NCBI GenBank assembly: GCA_964584415.1
Contig: CAZOZX010000001.1
Span: 1 to 62,015 of the forward strand
DNA length: 62,015 nt
Reading direction: 5' to 3'
From: an uncultured Syntrophomonas sp.
GTDB taxonomy: Bacteria > Bacillota > Syntrophomonadia > Syntrophomonadales > Syntrophomonadaceae
Translations under genes and position numbers: made by a program
Notes under the pieces: generated by a model
Databases searched by the model: none
Seen by the model: only the letters and a program-made list of their open reading frames with translations
Told to the model about the DNA's origin: nothing
Part shown: positions 41,118 through 49,176 of the stretch, one piece after another
Position numbering within the stretch: the stretch's first letter is position 1
Layout: every line of letters starts with the position of its first letter

Positions 41118-41297
41118 GGCTAATGTCAATTAAAGAAAAAACATGCAATGAGCCGGAGTAGTAGGCAATTCTTAGACAGAGAGTCACCGTTTGGTGGAAG
41201 GTGGCAAGTATATTGTCGAACTCGCCGGGGAGCATCCCAGGTGAATACAGTAGCCTGAGACGGTTTACACCGTTACAAGAATGAGTGGTCAAGTTGT

Positions 41298-41373
41298 GGG
41301 GCTATGGCGAAGTTGGGATCGCGCTTGAATGGCATTCAAGAGGCCGTGGGTTCGAATCCCACTAGCTCCACCA
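41298..41373 (+). tRNA. tRNA-Ala (anticodon GGC), CCA encoded
   Basis: Hand-folded cloverleaf. Acceptor stem GGGGCUA/UAGCUCC with G3:U70. U8. D arm GCGA-AGUUGGGA-UCGC (A14, G18G19, A21). Anticodon arm CUUGA-AUGGCAU-UCAAG. Variable loop AGGCC. T arm GUGGG-UUCGAAU-CCCAC. A73 plus CCA. Closely resembles E. coli tRNA-Ala(GGC), including the A32-U38 anticodon loop. Confidence 0.85.
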
Positions 41374-41415
41374 TATTTAACTTGTCAAACTGGGTGGCAC
41401 CGCGGGAAAACAACT

Positions 41416-41444
41416 CTCGTCCCTATTAGGGATGAGGGTTTTTT
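41416..41444 (+). terminator. T-box terminator of the leuS leader
   Basis: CUCGUCCCU-AUU-AGGGAUGAG (9 bp, one G-U) followed by GGUUUUUU. 30 nt upstream of the leuS ATG. Confidence 0.75.
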
Positions 41445-41474
41445 AGTTTCCTAATAAAAAACAAGGAGGCTTAT

Positions 41475-43952
41475 ATGGACAATAATTATGATTTCAAAAC
41501 AATTGAGCCCAAATGGCAAAACTACTGGTTCGACAACCAATTCTTCAAGGTTACAGAAGATCCTAATAAGCCCAAGTACTACGATTTAGAGATGTTTCCC
41601 TATCCCTCCGGCAACCTCCATATGGGGCATGTACGCAATTACGCCATCGGCGATGTTGTCGCCAGGTTCAAGACCATGAACGGATTTAACGTTTTGCATC
41701 CTATGGGCTGGGATGCCTTTGGTCTTCCCGCTGAAAATGCGGCCATAAAACATGGTCACCATCCTGCCCAATGGACCTATGCCAATATCGAGAACATGAA
41801 AGTGCAGCTCAAGACCCTGGGAATCAGCTATGACTGGGATCGTGAATTAGCCAGCTGCAAGCCCGATTATTATAAATTTACCCAATGGATGTTCTTAAAA
41901 CTATATGAACATGACTTGGCCTATAAAAAGAGCGCGGCGGTTAACTGGTGTCCTTCTTGCGCGACTGTGCTGGCCAATGAGCAGGTTGTGGACGGCGCTT
42001 GTGAGCGGTGTGACACGGTGGTAACCAAGCGCAATCTTACCCAATGGTTCTTCAAAATAACCGACTATGCCCAGAGGCTCCTGGACGACCTGGAAATATT
42101 GCCGGGTTGGCCTGATAAAGTTAAGACCATGCAGCGCAACTGGATAGGTCGCAGCGAGGGTTGTCAGTTCGATCTGGCCATAGAAAACAGCAGTGAAATA
42201 ATGACCGTATTTACGACTCGGCCGGATACTGTTTTCGGAATAACTTATATGGTTTTGTCCCCGGAACATCCGCTAGTAGAAACGATCAGCAAGGGCACTG
42301 CCCAAGAGGAGCAGGTTAAGGAATTCGTACACCGTATGCAGTTTGTCAGTGATATCGACCGGACCTCTAACGAAGCCGAGAAAGAGGGGGTCTTCACGGG
42401 AGCTTATGCTATTAATCCCATGAACGGCGAACGTATACCGATCTGGATAGCCAACTATGTTTTGATCGATTATGGCACCGGCGCCATTATGGCGGTCCCC
42501 GCGCATGATCAACGTGACTTTGAGTTTGCCCGCAAGTATGAACTGCCGATCAAGGTAGTAATTAAAGCTCCGGATTCACCCAGTGATGGTGCAAGTATGA
42601 CCGAAGCTTATGTTGAACATGGCTGCATGGTAAACTCGAGTATTTTTGATGGATTAAGCGTTGAAGATGGTAAAAAGCAGGTTACTGCCCATATGCAAAA
42701 GGAAGGCTTGGGTCAAGCCATGATCAATTTCCGTTTGCGGGACTGGCTGATCTCGCGCCAACGCTACTGGGGCTGTCCAATCCCGATGATCTACTGCGAA
42801 AAATGCGGTTTGAATCCGGTTCCCGAGGCTGACCTGCCGGTATTATTGCCGGAGGACGTAGAGTTCAGGCCTTCCGGGGAATCACCACTTAACTATGTTG
42901 AATCCTTCTATAAAACCGAATGTCCGGTCTGCGGCGGCCCAGCCCGACGGGAAACAGATACCATGGATACCTTTGTATGTTCTTCCTGGTATTTTGATAG
43001 ATTCTGTGATCCCCATAACAGCACCCTGCCCTTCAGTAAAGAAGCGATTGATTACTGGATGCCGGTCGACCAATATATCGGCGGGGTGGAGCATGCCATT
43101 CTGCACCTGATGTACTCCCGGTTTTTCACCAAGTTCTTGCATGACATCAATATCTTATCGTGTGACGAGCCATTTACCAACCTGCTCACCCAGGGTATGG
43201 TTTTGAAAGACGGATCCAAAATGTCCAAATCCAAAGGGAACGTTGTGAGTCCAGAGGATATAATCAACACTTACGGAGCTGATACCGCTCGTCTGTTCAT
43301 CTTGTTTGCCTCTCCTCCCGAACGCGATCTGGAATGGAGTGATCAGGGGGTGGAAGGATCGTCCCGTTTCCTAAACCGGGTATGGCGGGCGGTTACCAGT
43401 TGTGCTGAGGATATCAAGGATATCAGCATCCCAGCCAGTTTCGGCGAACTGGACCCGGAAGCACGTAAGCTGCGCTATAAAACTCATGCTACCATCAAAA
43501 AGGTCAGCGAGGATATCGAACAGCGATTTAACTTCAATACCGCTATTAGTGCCATTATGGAATTGAATAATATGCTCAACACTTATCTGGATCAGGATGA
43601 GCAAGACCTTTCGGTTCTAAAAGAGGCAGTGGAAACCATGATCGTTTTGTTAAGCCCGTTTTCACCGCATATCTGCGAGGAACTCTGGCAAATTTGCGGC
43701 CATTCACAGAGCATATACCATGTAAGCTGGCCTCGTTATGAAGCCGAGGCTTTGGTGCAGGATGAGATTGAAATTGCTATCCAGATAAGCGGCAAAGTAC
43801 GGGATCGCATGGTGGTACCGGCATCGACATCAGAAGAGGAATTGAAAAGCCTGGCCCTGGCCCAGCCCAAAGTACAAGAACTGTTAGCCGGCAAGCAGGT
43901 AATAAAGGCTATTGTAGTCCCGGCAAAACTGGTTAACATTGTAGCCAAATAA
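41475..43952 (+). CDS. leuS: leucine--tRNA ligase
   Basis: 825 aa. HMGH (HIGH) and KMSKS motifs, CP1 editing domain. RBS AAGGAGG. Confidence 0.97.
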   Translation: MDNNYDFKTIEPKWQNYWFDNQFFKVTEDPNKPKYYDLEMFPYPSGNLHMGHVRNYAIGDVVARFKTMNGFNVLHPMGWDAFGLPAENAAIKHGHHPAQWTYANIENMKVQLKTLGISYDWDRELASCKPDYYKFTQWMFLKLYEHDLAYKKSAAVNWCPSCATVLANEQVVDGACERCDTVVTKRNLTQWFFKITDYAQRLLDDLEILPGWPDKVKTMQRNWIGRSEGCQFDLAIENSSEIMTVFTTRPDTVFGITYMVLSPEHPLVETISKGTAQEEQVKEFVHRMQFVSDIDRTSNEAEKEGVFTGAYAINPMNGERIPIWIANYVLIDYGTGAIMAVPAHDQRDFEFARKYELPIKVVIKAPDSPSDGASMTEAYVEHGCMVNSSIFDGLSVEDGKKQVTAHMQKEGLGQAMINFRLRDWLISRQRYWGCPIPMIYCEKCGLNPVPEADLPVLLPEDVEFRPSGESPLNYVESFYKTECPVCGGPARRETDTMDTFVCSSWYFDRFCDPHNSTLPFSKEAIDYWMPVDQYIGGVEHAILHLMYSRFFTKFLHDINILSCDEPFTNLLTQGMVLKDGSKMSKSKGNVVSPEDIINTYGADTARLFILFASPPERDLEWSDQGVEGSSRFLNRVWRAVTSCAEDIKDISIPASFGELDPEARKLRYKTHATIKKVSEDIEQRFNFNTAISAIMELNNMLNTYLDQDEQDLSVLKEAVETMIVLLSPFSPHICEELWQICGHSQSIYHVSWPRYEAEALVQDEIEIAIQISGKVRDRMVVPASTSEEELKSLALAQPKVQELLAGKQVIKAIVVPAKLVNIVAK

Positions 43953-43976
43953 TACAGAGCGAAGCCAAAATACCAA

Positions 43977-44026
43977 AAGCCCTTTTCAGTCTGGTAGAAG
44001 AACCGGCTGGAAAGGGCTTTGTTTAT
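43977..44026. terminator. long hairpin terminator between convergent leuS and rsfS
   Basis: AAGCCCUUUUCAG ... CUGGAAAGGGCUU stem followed by UGUUUAUUU on the plus strand. Confidence 0.6.
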
Positions 44027-44041
44027 TTAATTCCAATTCAA

Positions 44042-44395
44042 TTACTGCTGATTGTCTATATTCACCTTACGGGCATCAGCCCATAGATGTTCCAGTTTAT
44101 AATATTCACGTTCCTCCTGGCGGAATATGTGCAGGATAGTAGACCCATAGTCCAAAACCACCCAGGTCCCTTGCTGATAGCCTTCCCGGCGCAGCACTGA
44201 GATACCCTGCTCTTCCAGCTTTTTCTCTACATTATCAGCAATGCTGTGAATCTGAACCATATTACGTCCGCTGCAAATAACAAAATAATCCGCAATGATG
44301 GTTTTCTCATTTACATCTAAAACCACCAGGTCCATGGCTTTTTCTTCCAGCGCTGCATCCACGACGAGTTGCATTAACTTTTCCTCGGTTATCAA
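44042..44395 (-). CDS. rsfS: ribosome silencing factor RsfS (Iojap)
   Basis: 117 aa. DYFVICSG...WVVLDYGSTILHIF motifs. Confidence 0.9.
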   Translation of the reverse strand: MITEEKLMQLVVDAALEEKAMDLVVLDVNEKTIIADYFVICSGRNMVQIHSIADNVEKKLEEQGISVLRREGYQQGTWVVLDYGSTILHIFRQEEREYYKLEHLWADARKVNIDNQQ

Positions 44396-44468
44396 AAACA
44401 GCCCTCCTACAGTTTGTATATTTGATAATATCTTTACCCACTGGGGATTACATAAATAATAATTATCT

Positions 44469-45056
44469 TTATAGCATATGGTGTCCTATTTTGCGCAGAA
44501 ATTCGTTTCTTACCTCGACGGTGCGGGGATGAAGTAACCGGCCACGCTCAAGGCAATAAATGATAGTAGATTCTACCCCGAGAAGCATGGCACCGTCTAA
44601 ATCGTATTCTGATAACTGGCGCAGGCGCTCCAAATGCGGGTACTCGCTCCGACCTGGCTCAATCATATCCGCCAGGTAGATTATTTTATCCAGGGTACTC
44701 ATATGGGTCGAACCAATGGTATGAGCTCGAACTGCTTCCAGCATTTCAGCATCATCCACCTCTAAACCAGTCTCCAAAAGGTAGGCTCCTACCGGCGCAT
44801 GCAAGAGATCGGGCGTCTCTTCTTCAGTTCGATCGGTGATCAAGCCAGCTGTTCCGGCAATCTCCAGCAACTTGGCGGAGCCCAGATTTTTGGCATAATC
44901 ATGGAACACACCGGTAATAAAAGCCTTCCGGGGGTCCACTCCGAATCTGGCTGCCATCTTTTCAGCCACCCGGGCTACTCCCATACTGTGCTCATAGCGG
45001 TTTTGGGAAAGCCGGTTTTTTATGATACGTTGAGCCTGCGCAGTTGAATAATTCAT
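44469..45056 (-). CDS. yqeK: HD-domain bis(5'-nucleosyl)-tetraphosphatase YqeK
   Basis: RYEHSMGVARVAEKMA...FHDYAK HD motifs. Start placed at ATG 45056 (MNYSTAQ), 1 nt after the nadD stop. The ORF track extends into nadD. Confidence 0.85.
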   Translation of the reverse strand: MNYSTAQAQRIIKNRLSQNRYEHSMGVARVAEKMAARFGVDPRKAFITGVFHDYAKNLGSAKLLEIAGTAGLITDRTEEETPDLLHAPVGAYLLETGLEVDDAEMLEAVRAHTIGSTHMSTLDKIIYLADMIEPGRSEYPHLERLRQLSEYDLDGAMLLGVESTIIYCLERGRLLHPRTVEVRNEFLRKIGHHML

Positions 45057-45057
45057 G

Positions 45058-45678
45058 TCATAGATCGCCTTTATATAGTATGTGGTCATATATATATTGC
45101 TCAACTTCAGGCGGAAGTAGGTATTTAATAGTCTTTCCCTGCTCGATCCTTTCCCTGATGGTACTTGACGAAATCTCAAAACCGGGGATAGGGATAACCT
45201 CCATCTTCTCCCACATTAAAACCGGTATCCCGGTAAAACGCTCATCTTCAGGATTCATATGGTAGCCAGGACGGGTAACCACGATCATGCTGCATAATTC
45301 GGCCAGTCGATCGGTATCCTTCCAGGTGTTCATAAACATAAATGCGTCTATCCCCAGGATAAAATAAATGTCGGTCCCGGGGTACATACGGTGAAAATCA
45401 GCTACCGTTTCAACCGAATAGGACAAGCCCTTTCTTTCTATTTCCAAATCAGATACGGAAAAATATGAATTGTCCTGTACAGCTAATTCCACCATCTTCA
45501 ACCGGTGCTGACTGTCTAAAATCTCCCCTAAATCCTTATGGGGTGGCCGAGCCGAAGGGATAAATATGATATGGTTCAGGGCAAAAGCCTCCCGGGCAAA
45601 TTCAGCTGCCACCAAGTGCCCATAATGAATCGGGTTGAAGGTTCCGCCCATAATGCCCAGTTTCTTCACCTTAATCAA
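45058..45678 (-). CDS. nadD: nicotinate-nucleotide adenylyltransferase
   Basis: 206 aa. GIMGGTFNPIHYGHL (H/TxGH) and SSTxIR (ISSSTIRERI) motifs. Confidence 0.93.
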   Translation of the reverse strand: MIKVKKLGIMGGTFNPIHYGHLVAAEFAREAFALNHIIFIPSARPPHKDLGEILDSQHRLKMVELAVQDNSYFSVSDLEIERKGLSYSVETVADFHRMYPGTDIYFILGIDAFMFMNTWKDTDRLAELCSMIVVTRPGYHMNPEDERFTGIPVLMWEKMEVIPIPGFEISSSTIRERIEQGKTIKYLLPPEVEQYIYDHILYKGDL

Positions 45679-45825
45679 TCAAATCCCACCCCGTCTGAAA
45701 TACTGCCCTTTGGTAGTCCTTCAGCGGCCAAATTTCTATGCTTAATCATAACTGATTGCAGGCAAATTATGCAAACCTGCCCTGACAGATAAATCAATAA
45801 GCAAAATGAATCGATCTTTTGTATA

Positions 45826-46509
45826 ATGTATAAGTATGATTTAACCCCCCATTTGCTAAAGAGAACTGAAGGGAGACCCGTTCCGATCATGGACATAGAT
45901 ATCACCCTGATCTTTCATAACTATGGGCTGCGCAGCTATATAGAGGTCGATCTTTGCGCCCAGTGTCCCCGGCAGGATGACAAAGGCTGCTGTGGATTTT
46001 ATTCCCCGGTTTTCTATCCGACTGACCTGGTCTACTTGTATTTGCATGAACCAGAATTGCTGCAATACATTTTTTCGCTTGAACATTTGACCGTGCTTGA
46101 TGCATCAGTCACCGTCAACAATATTATTGAAGGTCCCAGTTATCGCTGCCGTTTCCATAGTAAGGAACAGGGATGCATACTGCCCCAATATCTTCGCGAA
46201 TCTGTCTGCCGCCATTTTGTCTGTGCAGGCATCGGTTGGACCGATGAAGAGAGTTTACGAGACTGGCAGGTATTTTTTGAGCGCTTGACGGATTACGAAA
46301 TTGAGATCAACAACCATTGGTCGGGCCTCCTGGCTTCAATGGGTATCACCCTGCGCAATCCTGACTTGCGGGAGCGCTTCTTCACCGAGTTGGTTAAACT
46401 GTATCAGGAAAATCTGAATAATTTACCCGAGTTTATAACTTCTATGCCTGAGCAGGAGACCCGGACTCTTCGTCGTTCCCTGCGATTCGGTCCGGAATGG
46501 ATTTTATAA
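45826..46509 (+). CDS. Cys-rich protein, YkgJ/UPF0153-like putative Zn/Fe-chelating domain
   Basis: CAQCPRQDDKGCCG ... YRCRFHSKEQGCILPQYLRESVCRHFVC resembles the CxxC...CC / C...C...RPxxC pattern of the YkgJ family. The true start is uncertain (45826 or ATG 45889). Confidence 0.5.
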   Translation: MYKYDLTPHLLKRTEGRPVPIMDIDITLIFHNYGLRSYIEVDLCAQCPRQDDKGCCGFYSPVFYPTDLVYLYLHEPELLQYIFSLEHLTVLDASVTVNNIIEGPSYRCRFHSKEQGCILPQYLRESVCRHFVCAGIGWTDEESLRDWQVFFERLTDYEIEINNHWSGLLASMGITLRNPDLRERFFTELVKLYQENLNNLPEFITSMPEQETRTLRRSLRFGPEWIL

Positions 46510-46530
46510 ATAAGAATTGGAGGTCGTTAG

Positions 46531-47565
46531 ATGAAATGGGACGCTAATGCCCATATGGTTGAAAATGTACTGGAGGCGATTGGAAGAACCCCTTTAATTC
46601 GTCTAAATAAAATGAGTGAGGATATAAATCCTGATATTGCAGTAAAACTGGAGTATGTGAATCCCAGCGGCAGTTTGAAGGACCGGATTGCCTACCAGAT
46701 CGTGGAAGAGGCGGAACGGCGCGGGGATCTAAAACCGGGCATGATCCTTTTAGAGGGTACTACCGGGAACACGGGCATCTCGACTGCCATGGTCGGGGCC
46801 TGCAAGGGTTACCGGGTCATGATAGTAATGCCGGAGGGAATGAGTGAGGAACGCAAAAAGACTATCCGTGCTTATGGTGCTGAACTCATTTTAACCCCAG
46901 GAGCCGAAACTGATGTTGACCTGGTTCTGGTGGAGGTCAATCGGATAAAAGATCAGTACGGGGACCAGGTGTTTGAAATCGGCCAGTTTTATCGGACTGA
47001 GAACCTGGCCGCTCATTATAATAATACCGGACCGGAGATATGGGAACAGTCCGGCGGTAACGTAGACGTATTTATTATGTGCCAGGGTACGGGTGGGACT
47101 GTAACTGGCACCGCCAAATACCTAAAGGGAAAAAATCCAGATATTAAGATTTATATCTCTGAACCCAAAGAATCACCAATATTAGCTTGCCAAAAGATTG
47201 GCAAACATATGGTGCAGGGGGTTGCGGATGGATTAATCCCTGATATACTTGACTTGCAGTATGTAGACGGGATAGTTCTGGTCAGTTCCGAAGAGAGTAT
47301 TGCCATCGCCCAGGAAATAGCACGGCGGGAGGGTATATTCTGCGGAATCTCGACGGGCTGTAACGTAGGAGCCGCCAAAAAACTGGCCCGCAAATACCCG
47401 GAAAAGAAATTGATTGTAACCATGGTCAATGATAACGGTTTGCGTTATCTTTCCACCCCCCTGTGCGGAACCATTAGCCAAAGGCAGGAACTAGAGCGGG
47501 AGTATTCGCTGAGTCCTGAAGACGAGGCCAAACTTATCAGTTATAACCTGGAAGTTATAGAATAG
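46531..47565 (+). CDS. cysteine synthase / cystathionine beta-synthase family PLP-dependent enzyme
   Basis: 344 aa. PLP-Lys motif NPSGSLKDRIA, TTGNTG loop, GTGGTVTG, GISTGC. Good RBS (GGAGG). C-terminal extension of about 30 aa. Confidence 0.8.
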   Translation: MKWDANAHMVENVLEAIGRTPLIRLNKMSEDINPDIAVKLEYVNPSGSLKDRIAYQIVEEAERRGDLKPGMILLEGTTGNTGISTAMVGACKGYRVMIVMPEGMSEERKKTIRAYGAELILTPGAETDVDLVLVEVNRIKDQYGDQVFEIGQFYRTENLAAHYNNTGPEIWEQSGGNVDVFIMCQGTGGTVTGTAKYLKGKNPDIKIYISEPKESPILACQKIGKHMVQGVADGLIPDILDLQYVDGIVLVSSEESIAIAQEIARREGIFCGISTGCNVGAAKKLARKYPEKKLIVTMVNDNGLRYLSTPLCGTISQRQELEREYSLSPEDEAKLISYNLEVIE

Positions 47566-47595
47566 TATTTTTGAGCGTTCGGGGAGGATGGAAGG

Positions 47596-48765
47596 TTGGC
47601 TCTTACTAAAGCGGTCATTACCGGCATCAGTGAAATACCTCCCGTCCTGAATTCAGGTGGGAGGTCTACCCTCGACTTTCTGGCTGCAGCGGCTGTTAAA
47701 GCGGTCAAAGACGCTTCCCTCACCAAAGATGATATCGACGGGCTGCTGGTTACCCCTCCCAGCGAGGACACCTATTTCCTGTGGCCTTCCCAAGTAGCCG
47801 AATACCTGCAGCTCTCCCCGGTTTTCATGAATTTGGTTGAATTGGGCGGCGCCAGCGCCGCAGCAACTATTGCCCGGGCAGCTTTGCTGGTTGAGGCTGG
47901 CATATGCCGCCACTGCCTTTGCTTAAGCGGCGGGGTATGGGACTCACAGGTTTTCAATACTCGGGAAAATAAAATCGCGGTAATGTCCCAAGCCGAAATA
48001 GATTATGAACTACCCTACGGGCCCATGGGATTTAATTCCGGTTATGCCTTGATTGCCCGCCGCCATATGTCTGAATACGGAACTAATTCTGAACAATTGG
48101 CTAAAATCGCTGTCGACCAGCGAACCAATGCCCTGCTCAACCCCGATGCTTTATTTAATACCAAGCCCTTAACCATATCCGATGTTCTCGATTCCAAGAT
48201 TATTGTCGATCCCATCCATCTGCTTGAAATTGTCAGACCATGCAGCGGGGCCGCAGCAGTTGTGGTCAGCCGCGCAGAAGATACTCGAAATACTGGCCAC
48301 GATCCAATCAGAGTACGCGGATTTGGCGAAGCCTATACTCATAATTCAATTGTATATTCCCCCCACCTTACCCATGGTCCCATAAAAGCAGCTGCCGAAC
48401 GAGCCTATCAAATGGCCGGGGTTCAAGCCCAAGACATTGACCTGGTCTCGCTCTATGACTGCTACACCATTACTGTCTTAATCAGCCTTGAGGATGCCGG
48501 ATTCTGCAGAAAAGGCGAGGGCGGTGAATTTGTCAGCAATACTGACCTTACCTACCAAGGCGATCTGCCCTGCAATACTCATGGCGGCCAGCTGTCCTGT
48601 GGTCAGGCTTCATTTGCCGGGGGAATGTCACATGTCATTGAAGCGGTGCGTCAGTTACGGGGTGAAGCCGGTTCCAGGCAGGTACGCCGCAACCGTCTGG
48701 CTTTCGTCAACGGTAATGGCGGGGTGATGAGTACCCAATGCAGTTTGATCCTGGGGAGGGTATAA
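47596..48765 (+). CDS. thiolase-like (SCP-x / DUF35-associated type) protein, possibly lacking the nucleophilic cysteine
   Basis: 389 aa with thiolase-fold layout. TTG start 8 nt after GGGGAGG. Reads ELGGASAA where thiolases usually have xCxSG, and NTHGGQLSCGQASFAGG where GHPxGATG is expected. Confidence 0.7.
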   Translation: MALTKAVITGISEIPPVLNSGGRSTLDFLAAAAVKAVKDASLTKDDIDGLLVTPPSEDTYFLWPSQVAEYLQLSPVFMNLVELGGASAAATIARAALLVEAGICRHCLCLSGGVWDSQVFNTRENKIAVMSQAEIDYELPYGPMGFNSGYALIARRHMSEYGTNSEQLAKIAVDQRTNALLNPDALFNTKPLTISDVLDSKIIVDPIHLLEIVRPCSGAAAVVVSRAEDTRNTGHDPIRVRGFGEAYTHNSIVYSPHLTHGPIKAAAERAYQMAGVQAQDIDLVSLYDCYTITVLISLEDAGFCRKGEGGEFVSNTDLTYQGDLPCNTHGGQLSCGQASFAGGMSHVIEAVRQLRGEAGSRQVRRNRLAFVNGNGGVMSTQCSLILGRV

Positions 48766-48766
48766 T

Positions 48767-49138
48767 ATGAATGACTACAAGCAGATCTTCTGGGATCACC
48801 TAAACAAGGGGAACTTATACTTACAGTATTGCCCAACCTGCCAGCGCTTTGTGTTCTACCCACGGGAGCTTTGTCCATATTGCTGGGGCTCCAGTTTGGA
48901 GTGGAGGGAAACGCAAGGTGAAGGCACGGTTTATAGCTATACGGTCGTATATGTAAGTGCCTTGCCGGAGTTTGAACCCCCGTACATCTATGCCCTGGTC
49001 GAACTAGATGAAGGATTAAGATTAGCCACTAACATAGAGAATTGCGGCCTGGATGAAATCAGGGTGGGAATGCCGGTAAAGCTTACCCTTAGACGAAGAG
49101 AGAGCACTGCTGCCCTCCCCATTTTCGCACCTATCTAA
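48767..49138 (+). CDS. DUF35 OB-fold / rubredoxin-like zinc-ribbon protein
   Basis: 123 aa. CPTCQRFVFYPRELCPYC zinc ribbon followed by an OB fold (GTVYSYTVV). Starts 1 nt after the thiolase-like stop, behind GGGAGGG. Confidence 0.8.
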   Translation: MNDYKQIFWDHLNKGNLYLQYCPTCQRFVFYPRELCPYCWGSSLEWRETQGEGTVYSYTVVYVSALPEFEPPYIYALVELDEGLRLATNIENCGLDEIRVGMPVKLTLRRRESTAALPIFAPI

Positions 49139-49176
49139 TTTTCCTGTCAATCAACCTGGATCAAGCGCCTATATAT

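Larger units (their letters stand above)
41140..41444 (+). promoter_or_regulatory. T-box riboswitch leader, leucine (CUC) specifier, controlling leuS; contains an embedded tRNA
   Basis: Stem I has an AGUAGUA / GAA-CUC-G specifier loop (CUC at 41221-41223), an AGAGAG bulge (41178-41183) and a GGUGGAAGG distal loop. AGUA lies at 41249-41252 and the F-box CCGUUA at 41270-41275. The T-box sequence AAACUGGGUGGCACCGCGGG lies at 41387-41406, followed by the terminator. Confidence 0.8.

Noticed and set aside
41221-41226. The specifier codon CUC is immediately followed by GCC, the codon complementary to the embedded tRNA-Ala anticodon GGC, which suggested a two-codon T-box
   Set aside because: In the fold that places AGUAGUA opposite GAACUCG, G41224 is the conserved purine after the specifier, and C41225-G41228 pair with C41153-G41156 to close the helix. 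GCC is therefore not displayed in the loop, and the match is most likely coincidence. It would only be worth revisiting if structure probing showed an alternative register.
40939-41292. 117-aa minus-strand ORF across the comEA-leuS intergenic region
   Set aside because: The region is accounted for by the plus-strand promoter and T-box Stem I/II. The ORF has no RBS and reads through the structured leader antisense.
45822-45827. TATAAT hexamer overlapping the first ATG of the Cys-rich ORF, possibly a promoter that would force a later start
   Set aside because: There is no convincing -35 (AAGCAA at 17-nt spacing) and no true TGn extension. I kept it only as a caveat on the start codon and did not call it as a feature.
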